Shown here: positions 9,451 through 17,623 of the stretch, piece after piece
Numbering within the stretch: the stretch's first letter is position 1
Layout of the letters: every line of letters begins with the position of its first letter
IMG/VR virus record: IMGVR_UViG_3300034779_000011
Coordinates: 1 to 53,704 of that record
Reading direction: 5' to 3' (one strand)
Length of the DNA: 53,704 bases
Source of the DNA: a virus
Lineage: Duplodnaviria > Caudoviricetes
Notes under the pieces: generated by a model
Databases searched by the model: none
The model's input: the letters and a program-made list of their open reading frames with translations, nothing else
What the model was told of the DNA's origin: nothing
Program-made: the position numbers and the translations under genes

Positions 9451-10553
9451 GCGAGAGACCGATGCTTCGCATCCTCAGTCTCGGTGCCGGCGTCCAGTCG
9501 TCCACGCTGCTGCTGATGGCGGCGGCAGGCGAGTTGGAGCACGTCCCCGACGCGGCGATCTTCGCCGACACCGGCTGGGAGCCGCGCGCTGTGTATGAGT
9601 GGCTGGACTGGCTGGAGGAGCAGGTGCGCGGGGTGATCCCCATCTACCGCGTGTCGCGTGGGACGGACGCGCGCGGCAACGGCTCGATCCGCGACAGCTA
9701 CTACATCGCGCAGAACACCGGCAAGCGCTACGTGCAATTGCCGGTGTTCGTGAAGGTCCCCGTTACGCGCATGATGCTGCCTGACGGCCGAGATCTGGAA
9801 GACGCTGTCGCAGAGGTGCGTGGTTGGAGCGAGAAGACGTTCCAGAAGATCCGCGACAGCGTGAAGGCGGAGCGGCGTGGGGCGGGTGTGACGATCATAG
9901 ATCTGCACACAGGCTCGCACATCTTTACCCGAGACTTGCGCGCGCGGTTGGCTACCACTCTGTGGGAGATCCGCCGCCTCCGCCGCGCCGCCGGGCAGCG
10001 CGTGGTGGGCTACACGAAGGGGATGGCGCGCCGTCAATGCACGAAGGAGTTCAAGATAGAGCCCATCACCCGCAAGGTTCGCGAGCTGGTGGGGCTCCGG
10101 CCGGGACAGCCCGGACCGCGCCGGATCGTAGCAGAGCAGTGGATGGGTATCAGCCTGGACGAAGCCGTCCGGATGAAGGACAGCCGTATCCGCTGGCTTC
10201 AGCACCGCTACCCGTTGATCGATCTGCGCTGGACCCGCCGCGACTGCCTCCAGTGGTGGGAGTCGCGCGGACTTCCCACGCCGCCCAAGAGCGCTTGTAT
10301 CGGCTGCCCGTACACGGACGACGCCCGCTGGCGCCACATGAAGGAGACCGCGCCAGCCGAGTTCGCGGAAGCCGTGGAGTTCGACCGCATCATCCGGCAC
10401 GGCGGCGGCCGTGGCACCCTCAGGGGTGAGAACTATCTGCATTCATCTCTGCTGCCGCTTGATGAGGTGGACTTCTCCACCGCCGAGGAACGCGGCCAGG
10501 GCAGCCTCTTCGACGGCTTCGCGAACGAGTGCGAGGGGATGTGCGGCGTATGA
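9447..10553 (+). CDS. Phage PAPS-reductase-like (adenine nucleotide alpha-hydrolase) protein 1
   Basis: LSLGAGVQSS, FADTGWEP, RQCTKEFKI, GISLDE, YPLI, KSACIGCPY, ECEGMCGV. Confidence 0.88.
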   Translation: MSERPMLRILSLGAGVQSSTLLLMAAAGELEHVPDAAIFADTGWEPRAVYEWLDWLEEQVRGVIPIYRVSRGTDARGNGSIRDSYYIAQNTGKRYVQLPVFVKVPVTRMMLPDGRDLEDAVAEVRGWSEKTFQKIRDSVKAERRGAGVTIIDLHTGSHIFTRDLRARLATTLWEIRRLRRAAGQRVVGYTKGMARRQCTKEFKIEPITRKVRELVGLRPGQPGPRRIVAEQWMGISLDEAVRMKDSRIRWLQHRYPLIDLRWTRRDCLQWWESRGLPTPPKSACIGCPYTDDARWRHMKETAPAEFAEAVEFDRIIRHGGGRGTLRGENYLHSSLLPLDEVDFSTAEERGQGSLFDGFANECEGMCGV

Positions 10554-10620
10554 CCCCCGACGCCTTCGCCTCGCTTTACACCCACTACCACCGCCGGGTC
10601 GTGGCCGCCTGCTTCACCTA
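10550..10620 (+). pseudogene. 5' remnant of a paralogue of the sigma-factor gene
   Basis: MTPDAFASLYTHYHRRVVAAC vs MSPDAFASLYRHYHHRVLVAC at 11689. Confidence 0.85.
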
Positions 10621-10637
10621 CGGACGCCGCCGACCCC

Positions 10638-10745
10638 GCGCAGCTCACGCTCGCGATCCGGGCGCCGTTCCGCATCTGCCCGGAGTGCGCGGGGACCAGG
10701 AAGCGGCCCTATGGGGCGTGCCGGACCTGCACGGAGGCGACATGA
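10638..10745 (+). repeat. 108-bp direct repeat, copy 2
   Basis: Identical to 9343-9450. Confidence 0.95.
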
Positions 10746-11692
10746 TCCACCTCGTGAAACTCTCAGGCGGGGCGGCCAGCGCCGTCACGGCGGACCTCGT
10801 CCGCATGGAGACCGGCGCCGCGCCGGAGTGCCTGTTCACCGACACGCTCATCGAAGACAACGACCTGTACCGCTTCCTGCTGGAGTGGTGCGGCTACCTC
10901 TACGGCGTGGACGTGTCGGACCTGGTGCCGCTCGCGCTCACGTTGCCGCAGGTGTGGGAGGACGAGCCAGGTCGCAAGGCGGCGCTCGCTCACCTGCGCA
11001 TGCGGGCCAGCGCCCGACTGCCGCAACTGCACTGGCTGGCCGACGGGCGCCACCCCTTCGAAGTGTTCTTCGAGGAAGGCCGGATGGGTGGCGGAGCCCG
11101 GCAGGCGGGCCCGTGCAGCCGCATCCTGAAGCGGGCGCTCTCGGATGACTACGTCGCGGCGCGGTGGAGCCCGGAGGCGGTTCGGTTGTACGTCGGGCTG
11201 GCTCACTCCGAGGGCCACCGCTTCCACGGCGGGCGCGGGCGAGGTGGAATCCGCAGGCTCTTCCTGCCGTGGCTGGTCTATTCCCCACTAGTGGACCGTC
11301 CCGACCTCGACAGACCCGCGCTTCGGACCTGGATACGCGGTGTTGGCATCGCCACCCCGCGCCTCTACGCGCAGGGCTTCCCCACCAACAACTGTGGCGG
11401 CGCCTGCGTGAAGGCCGGACACGCCTGGTGGATTCACCTGCTGAACACCAACCGTCCGTACTTCCTCTGGTGGGCAGCGCTGGAGGACGCTTTCCGGCGG
11501 GCCACCGGCAAGGACGTGTCGATCCTGCGTGACCGGCGCGGTGGCCGCACCCGCCCGCTCACCCTCTATCGCCTGCTGCAGCTGGTCGAGGCGCAGACCG
11601 ACCTAACGGAACTGCTCATCGCGTCTGACACCGGCTGCGGCGGCTCCTGCATGCTGCCAGCGACGTGGGGCCGAAGGAGGAAGGCCGCATGA
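10742..11692 (+). CDS. Phage PAPS-reductase-like protein 2 (different subfamily)
   Basis: LSGGAASA, LFTDTLIEDNDLYRFL, CSRILK, PRLYAQGFPTNNCGGACVKAG. Confidence 0.85.
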   Translation: MIHLVKLSGGAASAVTADLVRMETGAAPECLFTDTLIEDNDLYRFLLEWCGYLYGVDVSDLVPLALTLPQVWEDEPGRKAALAHLRMRASARLPQLHWLADGRHPFEVFFEEGRMGGGARQAGPCSRILKRALSDDYVAARWSPEAVRLYVGLAHSEGHRFHGGRGRGGIRRLFLPWLVYSPLVDRPDLDRPALRTWIRGVGIATPRLYAQGFPTNNCGGACVKAGHAWWIHLLNTNRPYFLWWAALEDAFRRATGKDVSILRDRRGGRTRPLTLYRLLQLVEAQTDLTELLIASDTGCGGSCMLPATWGRRRKAA

Positions 11693-12381
11693 GCCCCGAC
11701 GCCTTCGCCTCGCTCTACCGCCACTACCACCACCGCGTGCTGGTGGCCTGCCGCTACTACCTGCGCGACCGCACCGAAGCCGAAGACCTCGCGCAGCAGG
11801 TGTTCATCTGCTGGTGGCGGACCCTCACGACCACCGAGGTCAAGCATCCCGAAGCCCTGCTCTTCGGCATCGTCCGCCAGCGCGCCCGTAACTGGAAGCG
11901 CGACCGGATCCGCCGCTGCCAGTTGCAGGACGCCTACGCGCTCGCGCTCACCTGGGAGAGTGACCCTCGCGAAGCCACGGCCGAAGCGGACGCGGACCTG
12001 CGCGAGCGGGTGGAAGCGAGCCTCCCGCACCTCACCGCGCCGCAACAGCAGGTCGTCCGTCTGAGCCTCGACGGCGTCGGCAGCAAGGAAATCGGCCGCC
12101 GGATGCATCTGCGCGACAAGCAAATGATCGGGCACCGCGACCGGGCCTGCGTGAAGCTCGCCGCGCTCCTGGCCGGGCCGGCGAAACCGATCCGCGGGAG
12201 TCCGCGACAGCGGGCCCCCATCCTCCAGCACCACGCTTCCGCAGTGCGCCACCGGCACCCCGAATGGACGTACGCGCAGGTAGCGTGCGAGGTCGTGCGC
12301 GCCACGGGCTACTCCCCGAGCCGGCAGACGTTCGCGGCCTGCGGGCCCAGCCAGAACGATCCTCAGGGAAAGACCCCATGA
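11689..12381 (+). CDS. ECF-like sigma-70 factor (possible late regulator)
   Basis: LYRHY...AEDLAQQVFI (region 2), LPHLTAPQQQVVRL...SKEIG (region 4); lies just before the packaging genes. Confidence 0.8.
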   Translation: MSPDAFASLYRHYHHRVLVACRYYLRDRTEAEDLAQQVFICWWRTLTTTEVKHPEALLFGIVRQRARNWKRDRIRRCQLQDAYALALTWESDPREATAEADADLRERVEASLPHLTAPQQQVVRLSLDGVGSKEIGRRMHLRDKQMIGHRDRACVKLAALLAGPAKPIRGSPRQRAPILQHHASAVRHRHPEWTYAQVACEVVRATGYSPSRQTFAACGPSQNDPQGKTP

Positions 12382-12980
12382 GCCGAGTCGCAACTCTTGA
12401 GGACGTCCGCACCGACGTGCCCTGCCCGACGTGCGGGTGGGAGTGGAACGTCACGGCGGCGCCTGGCATGCTCGGCCACTGGGCCGTGCGCCACACCTGT
12501 GAGCGCGACGGGACTAGCAACAGCACAAAACAACGCTGCCGGTGGAGGCACTGGGTTGCGGTTTACTACGCGCGGCTGTCGACAGGTGGGATCGAAGTGT
12601 TACTCAGGGGCTATACCTACGACCGCGGCAAGACCCTGAGCGCGTTCGCGGAAGCGCTAAGGTCGATCCAAGGTTTTTGCGAACGCGACGACAATAGCAT
12701 CGGCCTTCCCCCAATCAACGAGGACGAGGTCACCACGATGATCGCCATTGCGGAAGCGCAACAACGCGCAGCGGCAGGCACGAAAGGAGGCGCGAGTCGG
12801 CTGGTGCCCGACGCCGCGAAGCGTCTCTTCCCACCGCTCCAACCGAACCCAGCAGTTGTAACGGGACGATGCAGCGCGGGTCCTTCCGGCGTCGGAGGCT
12901 CGCGGGTAACGCGCGACCGCTCCACATCTCTAGATACAGGCGGGGGGAGTCACTCCCCCCTGCGCCGCTCCGGAGGCTGA
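12378..12980 (+). CDS. Hypothetical Zn-ribbon protein
   Basis: CPTCG...HTC; ATGA-coupled; 3' end runs over the putative cos. Confidence 0.55.
   Translation: MSRVATLEDVRTDVPCPTCGWEWNVTAAPGMLGHWAVRHTCERDGTSNSTKQRCRWRHWVAVYYARLSTGGIEVLLRGYTYDRGKTLSAFAEALRSIQGFCERDDNSIGLPPINEDEVTTMIAIAEAQQRAAAGTKGGASRLVPDAAKRLFPPLQPNPAVVTGRCSAGPSGVGGSRVTRDRSTSLDTGGGSHSPLRRSGG
12878..12920 (+). other. Putative cos site (cosQ + cosN-like)
   Basis: GGGTCCT (matches lambda cosQ), then 17 bp later the partly dyadic GCGGGTAACGCGCGACCGC, just upstream of terS. Confidence 0.6.
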
Positions 12981-12983
12981 GAG

Positions 12984-13727
12984 ATGCCGTCCGGTTTCGG
13001 GCTGATGAAGGTCAAGCCCTACGCAATGCGGCGGGAAGAACTTGGCCTCGTAGGCTTCACCCCGAAGGCCGTCCGAGACGCATTGAAACGCTTTGATGTG
13101 GGCCGGGATAGCGACGGTTGCTTTGATGCGGATTTGCTGCACCGATTGTGGCAGGAAGAAATTGCCGAGCGGGGGGCGGACGTGAGTCGCTCCCGCCGAC
13201 CAGAGCAGGGGGGAGTGGAGGGGGGGGAGTGGGGGGAGCGAGAGGGCGCACCCGCGGCCAACGCCGAACCGCTCGACACCTCTCCCGGCGAGCTGCCCGC
13301 TGACTGGCGCGAAATCAAGGCGAAGGACAAAGGGCGCTTCCAGGCACTCAAGGAGTGGTTCCTCGCCGGGAAGCACAGGCTGGACTTCGAGGAGCGGTTG
13401 GGACAGCTGGTCGCGCTCGACTTCCACGTGGAGAAACTAGAGGCGCTCGCCTACGCCGTGCGCGAGGTCTTGAACCAGGTGCCGGGCAAGTACGCCCCCC
13501 GCATGGCCGGCGTCCAGCAGGATTTCCGCGCGAGCATCGAGGATCTACGCAACCGCCTCGCCGACGACCCGTCGCGCATGGGAGTGCTGGAGCAGGTGGT
13601 CGCCCTGGACAGCGACGCGACCACCCGCGCGCAGGCGATTCTGGATGATGCGATCGACGAAGTGCTCTCCGCTCTTGCCAACGTAGCCGAAAGCGCCGAA
13701 TCGGATGCCGAGCACGACGCACCCTAG
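12984..13727 (+). CDS. Terminase small subunit (Nu1-like)
   Basis: Position; coiled coil LDFEERLGQLV...LNQVPGKYAP. Confidence 0.75.
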   Translation: MPSGFGLMKVKPYAMRREELGLVGFTPKAVRDALKRFDVGRDSDGCFDADLLHRLWQEEIAERGADVSRSRRPEQGGVEGGEWGEREGAPAANAEPLDTSPGELPADWREIKAKDKGRFQALKEWFLAGKHRLDFEERLGQLVALDFHVEKLEALAYAVREVLNQVPGKYAPRMAGVQQDFRASIEDLRNRLADDPSRMGVLEQVVALDSDATTRAQAILDDAIDEVLSALANVAESAESDAEHDAP

Positions 13728-15690
13728 CGCGATCCTCAACTGGCGGCGCCGCTTCACCGCCACGGTGCGCGAGGCGTTCCGGCCCAAGCCGCGCTTCAGC
13801 GCCACCGAGTGGGCGGAGAAGAACAGGAAGCTCTCCGTGCTGAATAGCTCGGAGCCCGGGCGGTACCGCATGCGGCGCACACCGTACTTTCGCGAAGTGC
13901 TGGACGCGGTGTCCGACCCCACCGTGCAGCGCGTCGTGGTGATGAAGTCGGCCCGTGTCGGGTATACTCAAGGGGTGCTGGAGAACGCCATCGGGTACCA
14001 CATCGACCAGGACCCGTGCTCGGTCTTGATGGTGCAGCCGACCCTGGAGGATGCCGAGAAGTGGTCGAAGGAAAACCTGGCGCCGCTGATCGACGAGACG
14101 CCGGCGGTCCGCGCGAAGATCGGTGAAACGAAGTGGAAGGACCCCGACCAGACCATCCTCTCGAAGCGCTACCCGGGCGGCATCCTTCGGATCGTAGGTG
14201 CCACCAGCCCGCGCGGCTTCCGGCGCTTCGACTGCCGCGAGGTCTACTTCGATGAGGTGGACGGCTACCCGCTCTCCGCCGAGAACGAAGGCGACCCGAT
14301 CACCTTGGGCGAGAAGCGCGCGCGCAACCACTGGAACAAGAAGTTCTTCTATGGCTCGACGCCCAAGGAGAAGGCTACCAGCCGTATCCTGAAGCTATGG
14401 AACCTCTCGGACCAGCGCCGGTGGTACGTGCGCTGTCCTCATTGCGGGCACGAACAGGTGCTCCGCTTCGGGGGGCGGGAGCAGCCGTTCGGGCTCAAGT
14501 GGGAGACGGATGACTTTGACGGGGTGAAGAGGGTGGTGCCCGGTTCCGTTATCTACCTGTGCGCAGGCGGCGCGTGCGTGATCGACGAGCGCTACAAGGT
14601 GTCGATGGTTGAGGGCGGGCGCTGGATCGCGGAGAAGCCCGGCCGCAGCGGCGTGCGTGGGTACCACATCAGCGCGCTTTATTCACTCGTTGATCCAGGC
14701 GGCTGGGAGGGGATCGCGCAGGAGTGGCTCGACGCGCAGGGAGATTGGGAAGCGCTCAAGGGCTTCATCAACACGGTGCTGGGTGAGTGTTGGGAGCAGC
14801 CGGGGACGTCGATCACCGCGGAGGGGCTGGAGGCCCGGGCCGAGCGGTGGCTGACTCCATCGGGCGGGCGCATCGAGGTCCCGCACGGCGTGGGGCTTCT
14901 GACGGCCGGCGTGGACGTGCAGCCCGACCGCATCGAGCTTCTGGTGAAGGGGTGGGGGGCGAGGGAGGAGAGCTGGAACATTCTGCACGATCGCATCTAC
15001 GGCGATCCCACCCAGCCGGCGGTGTGGGAGGCACTGGAGGCGTTCCGGATGCGCATCTGGCGCCACGCCTCTGGCGCGCCCCTGCGCGTCGCGCTGATGT
15101 GCGTGGACTCCGGGTACCTGAAGAACGAGGTATACCGGTACGTGGCGTCCCGACAGGACGGGCCGGTGCCGGTGCGGGCCACCAAGGGGGGGAAGACGGA
15201 GCAGGCGGAACCCTACAAGATGTCGAAGGGCAAGAACGAGCAGGGCGTGCAGCTGGTGCTGGTCGGGACGGTGCCCATGAAGGATACCTTGTTCCAGCGC
15301 CTTCGGACCGAGCCGCGTGGCGACCAGGCCGCGGCCGGGTTCTTCCCCGACGGCTACATTCACTTCCGTGCCGCGGACCCCGAGTGGCACAATGGCGCCG
15401 ACAGCGAGTACTTCGCCCAGTTCGGCCGCGAGCGGCGGGTCTGGAGGGAGGGCCGGTTCATGTACGTGAACGAGTCCCGGCGGCCGAATGAAGCGATCGA
15501 CCTCGAAGTGGGAAACCTGGTCGCACTGCACCTGCGGCTCCCCAAGGCGACACGCAGGACGCAGCTCGCGCAGTTCGCGGAGGCGCTGTCCCGGTGGACG
15601 CCTCCAGGCGCCGCCGCTGCGCTCGCTGGAGGCGGGACCCACCGTCCACGCGGCGGCGTGAGGGTGATCGCGCCGGGCAAACGACTGTGA
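13705..15690 (+). CDS. Terminase large subunit, lambda GpA family
   Basis: MKSARVGYT, FDEVDGYP, GSTP, CPHCG, AGVDVQ, CVDSGY, NEAID. Confidence 0.97.
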   Translation: MPSTTHPSAILNWRRRFTATVREAFRPKPRFSATEWAEKNRKLSVLNSSEPGRYRMRRTPYFREVLDAVSDPTVQRVVVMKSARVGYTQGVLENAIGYHIDQDPCSVLMVQPTLEDAEKWSKENLAPLIDETPAVRAKIGETKWKDPDQTILSKRYPGGILRIVGATSPRGFRRFDCREVYFDEVDGYPLSAENEGDPITLGEKRARNHWNKKFFYGSTPKEKATSRILKLWNLSDQRRWYVRCPHCGHEQVLRFGGREQPFGLKWETDDFDGVKRVVPGSVIYLCAGGACVIDERYKVSMVEGGRWIAEKPGRSGVRGYHISALYSLVDPGGWEGIAQEWLDAQGDWEALKGFINTVLGECWEQPGTSITAEGLEARAERWLTPSGGRIEVPHGVGLLTAGVDVQPDRIELLVKGWGAREESWNILHDRIYGDPTQPAVWEALEAFRMRIWRHASGAPLRVALMCVDSGYLKNEVYRYVASRQDGPVPVRATKGGKTEQAEPYKMSKGKNEQGVQLVLVGTVPMKDTLFQRLRTEPRGDQAAAGFFPDGYIHFRAADPEWHNGADSEYFAQFGRERRVWREGRFMYVNESRRPNEAIDLEVGNLVALHLRLPKATRRTQLAQFAEALSRWTPPGAAAALAGGGTHRPRGGVRVIAPGKRL

Positions 15691-15693
15691 TCA

Positions 15694-15814
15694 CTCTTGC
15701 GGAGGTGGACGCGACCCTGTAGTTTCTTTGCCCATGCAGTAGGCGCGCCCTGAGCGCACCCGACCCGGTGGGGGTCCGAGCCGATGTTTCGGCTTGGGCC
15801 CCCGCTTCGTTTTG
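15694..15814 (+). promoter_or_regulatory. Late promoter + structured leader + intrinsic terminator, copy 1
   Basis: TTGCGG(15697)-17 bp-TAGTTT(15720); 15752-15802 identical to 34343-34393; 14-bp GC-rich hairpin followed by TTCGTTTT. Confidence 0.75.
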
Positions 15815-15833
15815 CCCCCCTGCATCCTTCAAA

Positions 15834-16064
15834 GTGGCAACTCGCGAGGAAGCCCTGGCCGTCGCGGAAACTCAGCTCGCAGAAGTGCGGGCTGCGATCA
15901 GCCGCGTTCTCCACGGCGGACAGTCGCGCACGGTGAACGACCGCCAGCGGGTAGAGACCGAACTGCGCGACCTCCGCGCGTACGAGCGGGACCTGAAGGC
16001 GGAGATCGCGCGGCTGTCCGGCGGGAGTTCGGGGCTGCGGTTCTTCAAGGTGGTGCCGCAGTGA
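15834..16064 (+). CDS. Head-tail joining protein gpW-like
   Basis: AAISRVLHGGQSRTVNDRQ...LRAYERDL; between TerL and portal. Confidence 0.85.
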   Translation: MATREEALAVAETQLAEVRAAISRVLHGGQSRTVNDRQRVETELRDLRAYERDLKAEIARLSGGSSGLRFFKVVPQ

Positions 16065-17623
16065 ACCGCGCCGCGCCCACGCGCCGCACACTCGCGATCG
16101 CCGCACTGTCCGGCTACGCGGAGTCGCTGGGTCACCGGGGCGCGAGTCTCTCCGAGCGCGCGCTGCGCTCCTGGGAGACGGCGTCGGGTAGCGCCGACAG
16201 CCTCGCGCTGCGCGACCTGCCGACGCTGCGGGACCGCTCGGCGGACCTGGTCCGCAACGAGCCGCTGGCCGCGGGGGCGGTGCAGACGCAGGTCGACAGC
16301 GTCGTGGGGACCGGGCTGCGGCTTCGCGCCACCCCGCGCCGGGGGCCGCTGGGGCTCTCTCGCGTCGAGGCGGAGGCGTGGGCGGACGAGGTAGAGACGC
16401 TTTGGGACGCGGTGAAGAACCATCTCGACATCGAGCGCGTCTCCTCCTGGCGGCAGCTTCTGGAGATGACCTTCATCGGCACCGTGGTGCGCGGCGATCT
16501 CCTGACCATCCGGCGGTACCGCAAGCGCGCGGGCGACGCACTGGGACTCAAGCTGCAGCAGGTGGAGCCGGGCCGGATCTCGAACCCGCGAGGGGCGTGG
16601 GATACGGACTCGCTGCGCGCGGGTGTGGAGAAGGACGCCGACGGTGCGGCGGTGGCCTACCACGTGGCGGACCGCCACCCGAACGACTGCCTGGCACGGC
16701 GCGCCGGCCCGACGACGTGGACGCGCGTGCCGGCGTTCGGACCCCAGAGCGGCGAGCCGCTGGCGCTCCTTCACCTGCGCCGGCGCGACCTGGGGCAGAC
16801 CCGGGGGACGCCCCTCTTCGCCCCGGTGATCGCGCTGTTCCGCCGCTTCGGGATCTTCAACGACGCGTACGTGGAGGCCTGCATCGTCAACACCATGCTG
16901 GCCGTCCTCATCACCACGCCGGACGACGGCTTCACCGACCCGATGTCGCTCACGGCCGAGAGCGCGGACGCGGCGGCAGCGGGTGAGATCGCCGAAGACG
17001 AAGTGAAGCTGGGCTCCGGCACCATCGCCACGCTTCCCCACGGAAGCTCCGCCACCATCGTAGACCCCAAGCGCCCGAACGACGCGTACGGCGCGTTCGT
17101 AGACACGATCCTGATGCAGGTGGGGGCGGCGCTGGGGCTGCCGTTCGAGGTGCTCACGCGGCGGTTCCAGTCGAGCTACTCCGCCGCGCGCGCGGCGCTC
17201 CTGGAGGCGTGGCGGACCTTCTATGGCTGGCGCGAGTGGCTGTCCGAATCGCTCTGCGCGCCGGTCTACGGATGGGTGGTCGCGGAAGCGGTCTCGACGG
17301 GACTGCTGGAAGCCCCGGGGTTCTTCGACTCCCCGCTCACCCGCGCGGCGTGGCTCGCTCACGAGTGGATCGGCGACGCGCCGGGCCAGCTGGACGAGCT
17401 CAAGGAGGCCCGCGCGGCCGAGATACGGCTTTCGCTGGGGATCACCACGCTGCAGGAGGAGACGGCGTCGATGACCGGTGGCGACTGGAGCCGCAACCAC
17501 GAGCAGCGCGCGGAGGAAGTGCGCCGCCGCCGTGAGGACGGCCTGGAGGGGCCGTCCGCAGAGAGCCTCGCCGAGGCCGACGCCATGATCGAGCGCGCGA
17601 ATGCACAGGAGGCTGGGACATGA
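16061..17623 (+). CDS. Portal protein, lambda family
   Basis: LRDRSADLVRN, VVGTGL, GQTRGTP, SSYSAARAALLEAW. Confidence 0.95.
   Translation: MNRAAPTRRTLAIAALSGYAESLGHRGASLSERALRSWETASGSADSLALRDLPTLRDRSADLVRNEPLAAGAVQTQVDSVVGTGLRLRATPRRGPLGLSRVEAEAWADEVETLWDAVKNHLDIERVSSWRQLLEMTFIGTVVRGDLLTIRRYRKRAGDALGLKLQQVEPGRISNPRGAWDTDSLRAGVEKDADGAAVAYHVADRHPNDCLARRAGPTTWTRVPAFGPQSGEPLALLHLRRRDLGQTRGTPLFAPVIALFRRFGIFNDAYVEACIVNTMLAVLITTPDDGFTDPMSLTAESADAAAAGEIAEDEVKLGSGTIATLPHGSSATIVDPKRPNDAYGAFVDTILMQVGAALGLPFEVLTRRFQSSYSAARAALLEAWRTFYGWREWLSESLCAPVYGWVVAEAVSTGLLEAPGFFDSPLTRAAWLAHEWIGDAPGQLDELKEARAAEIRLSLGITTLQEETASMTGGDWSRNHEQRAEEVRRRREDGLEGPSAESLAEADAMIERANAQEAGT

Noticed and set aside
9343-10745. 108-bp repeats as IS ends or target-site duplication
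   Set aside because: No transposase or inverted repeats; the repeat is the 3' end of a phage gene
9447-11692. Dnd/Ssp phosphorothioation or sulfate-assimilation operon
   Set aside because: No dndB/D/E, ssp or cys partner genes recognised
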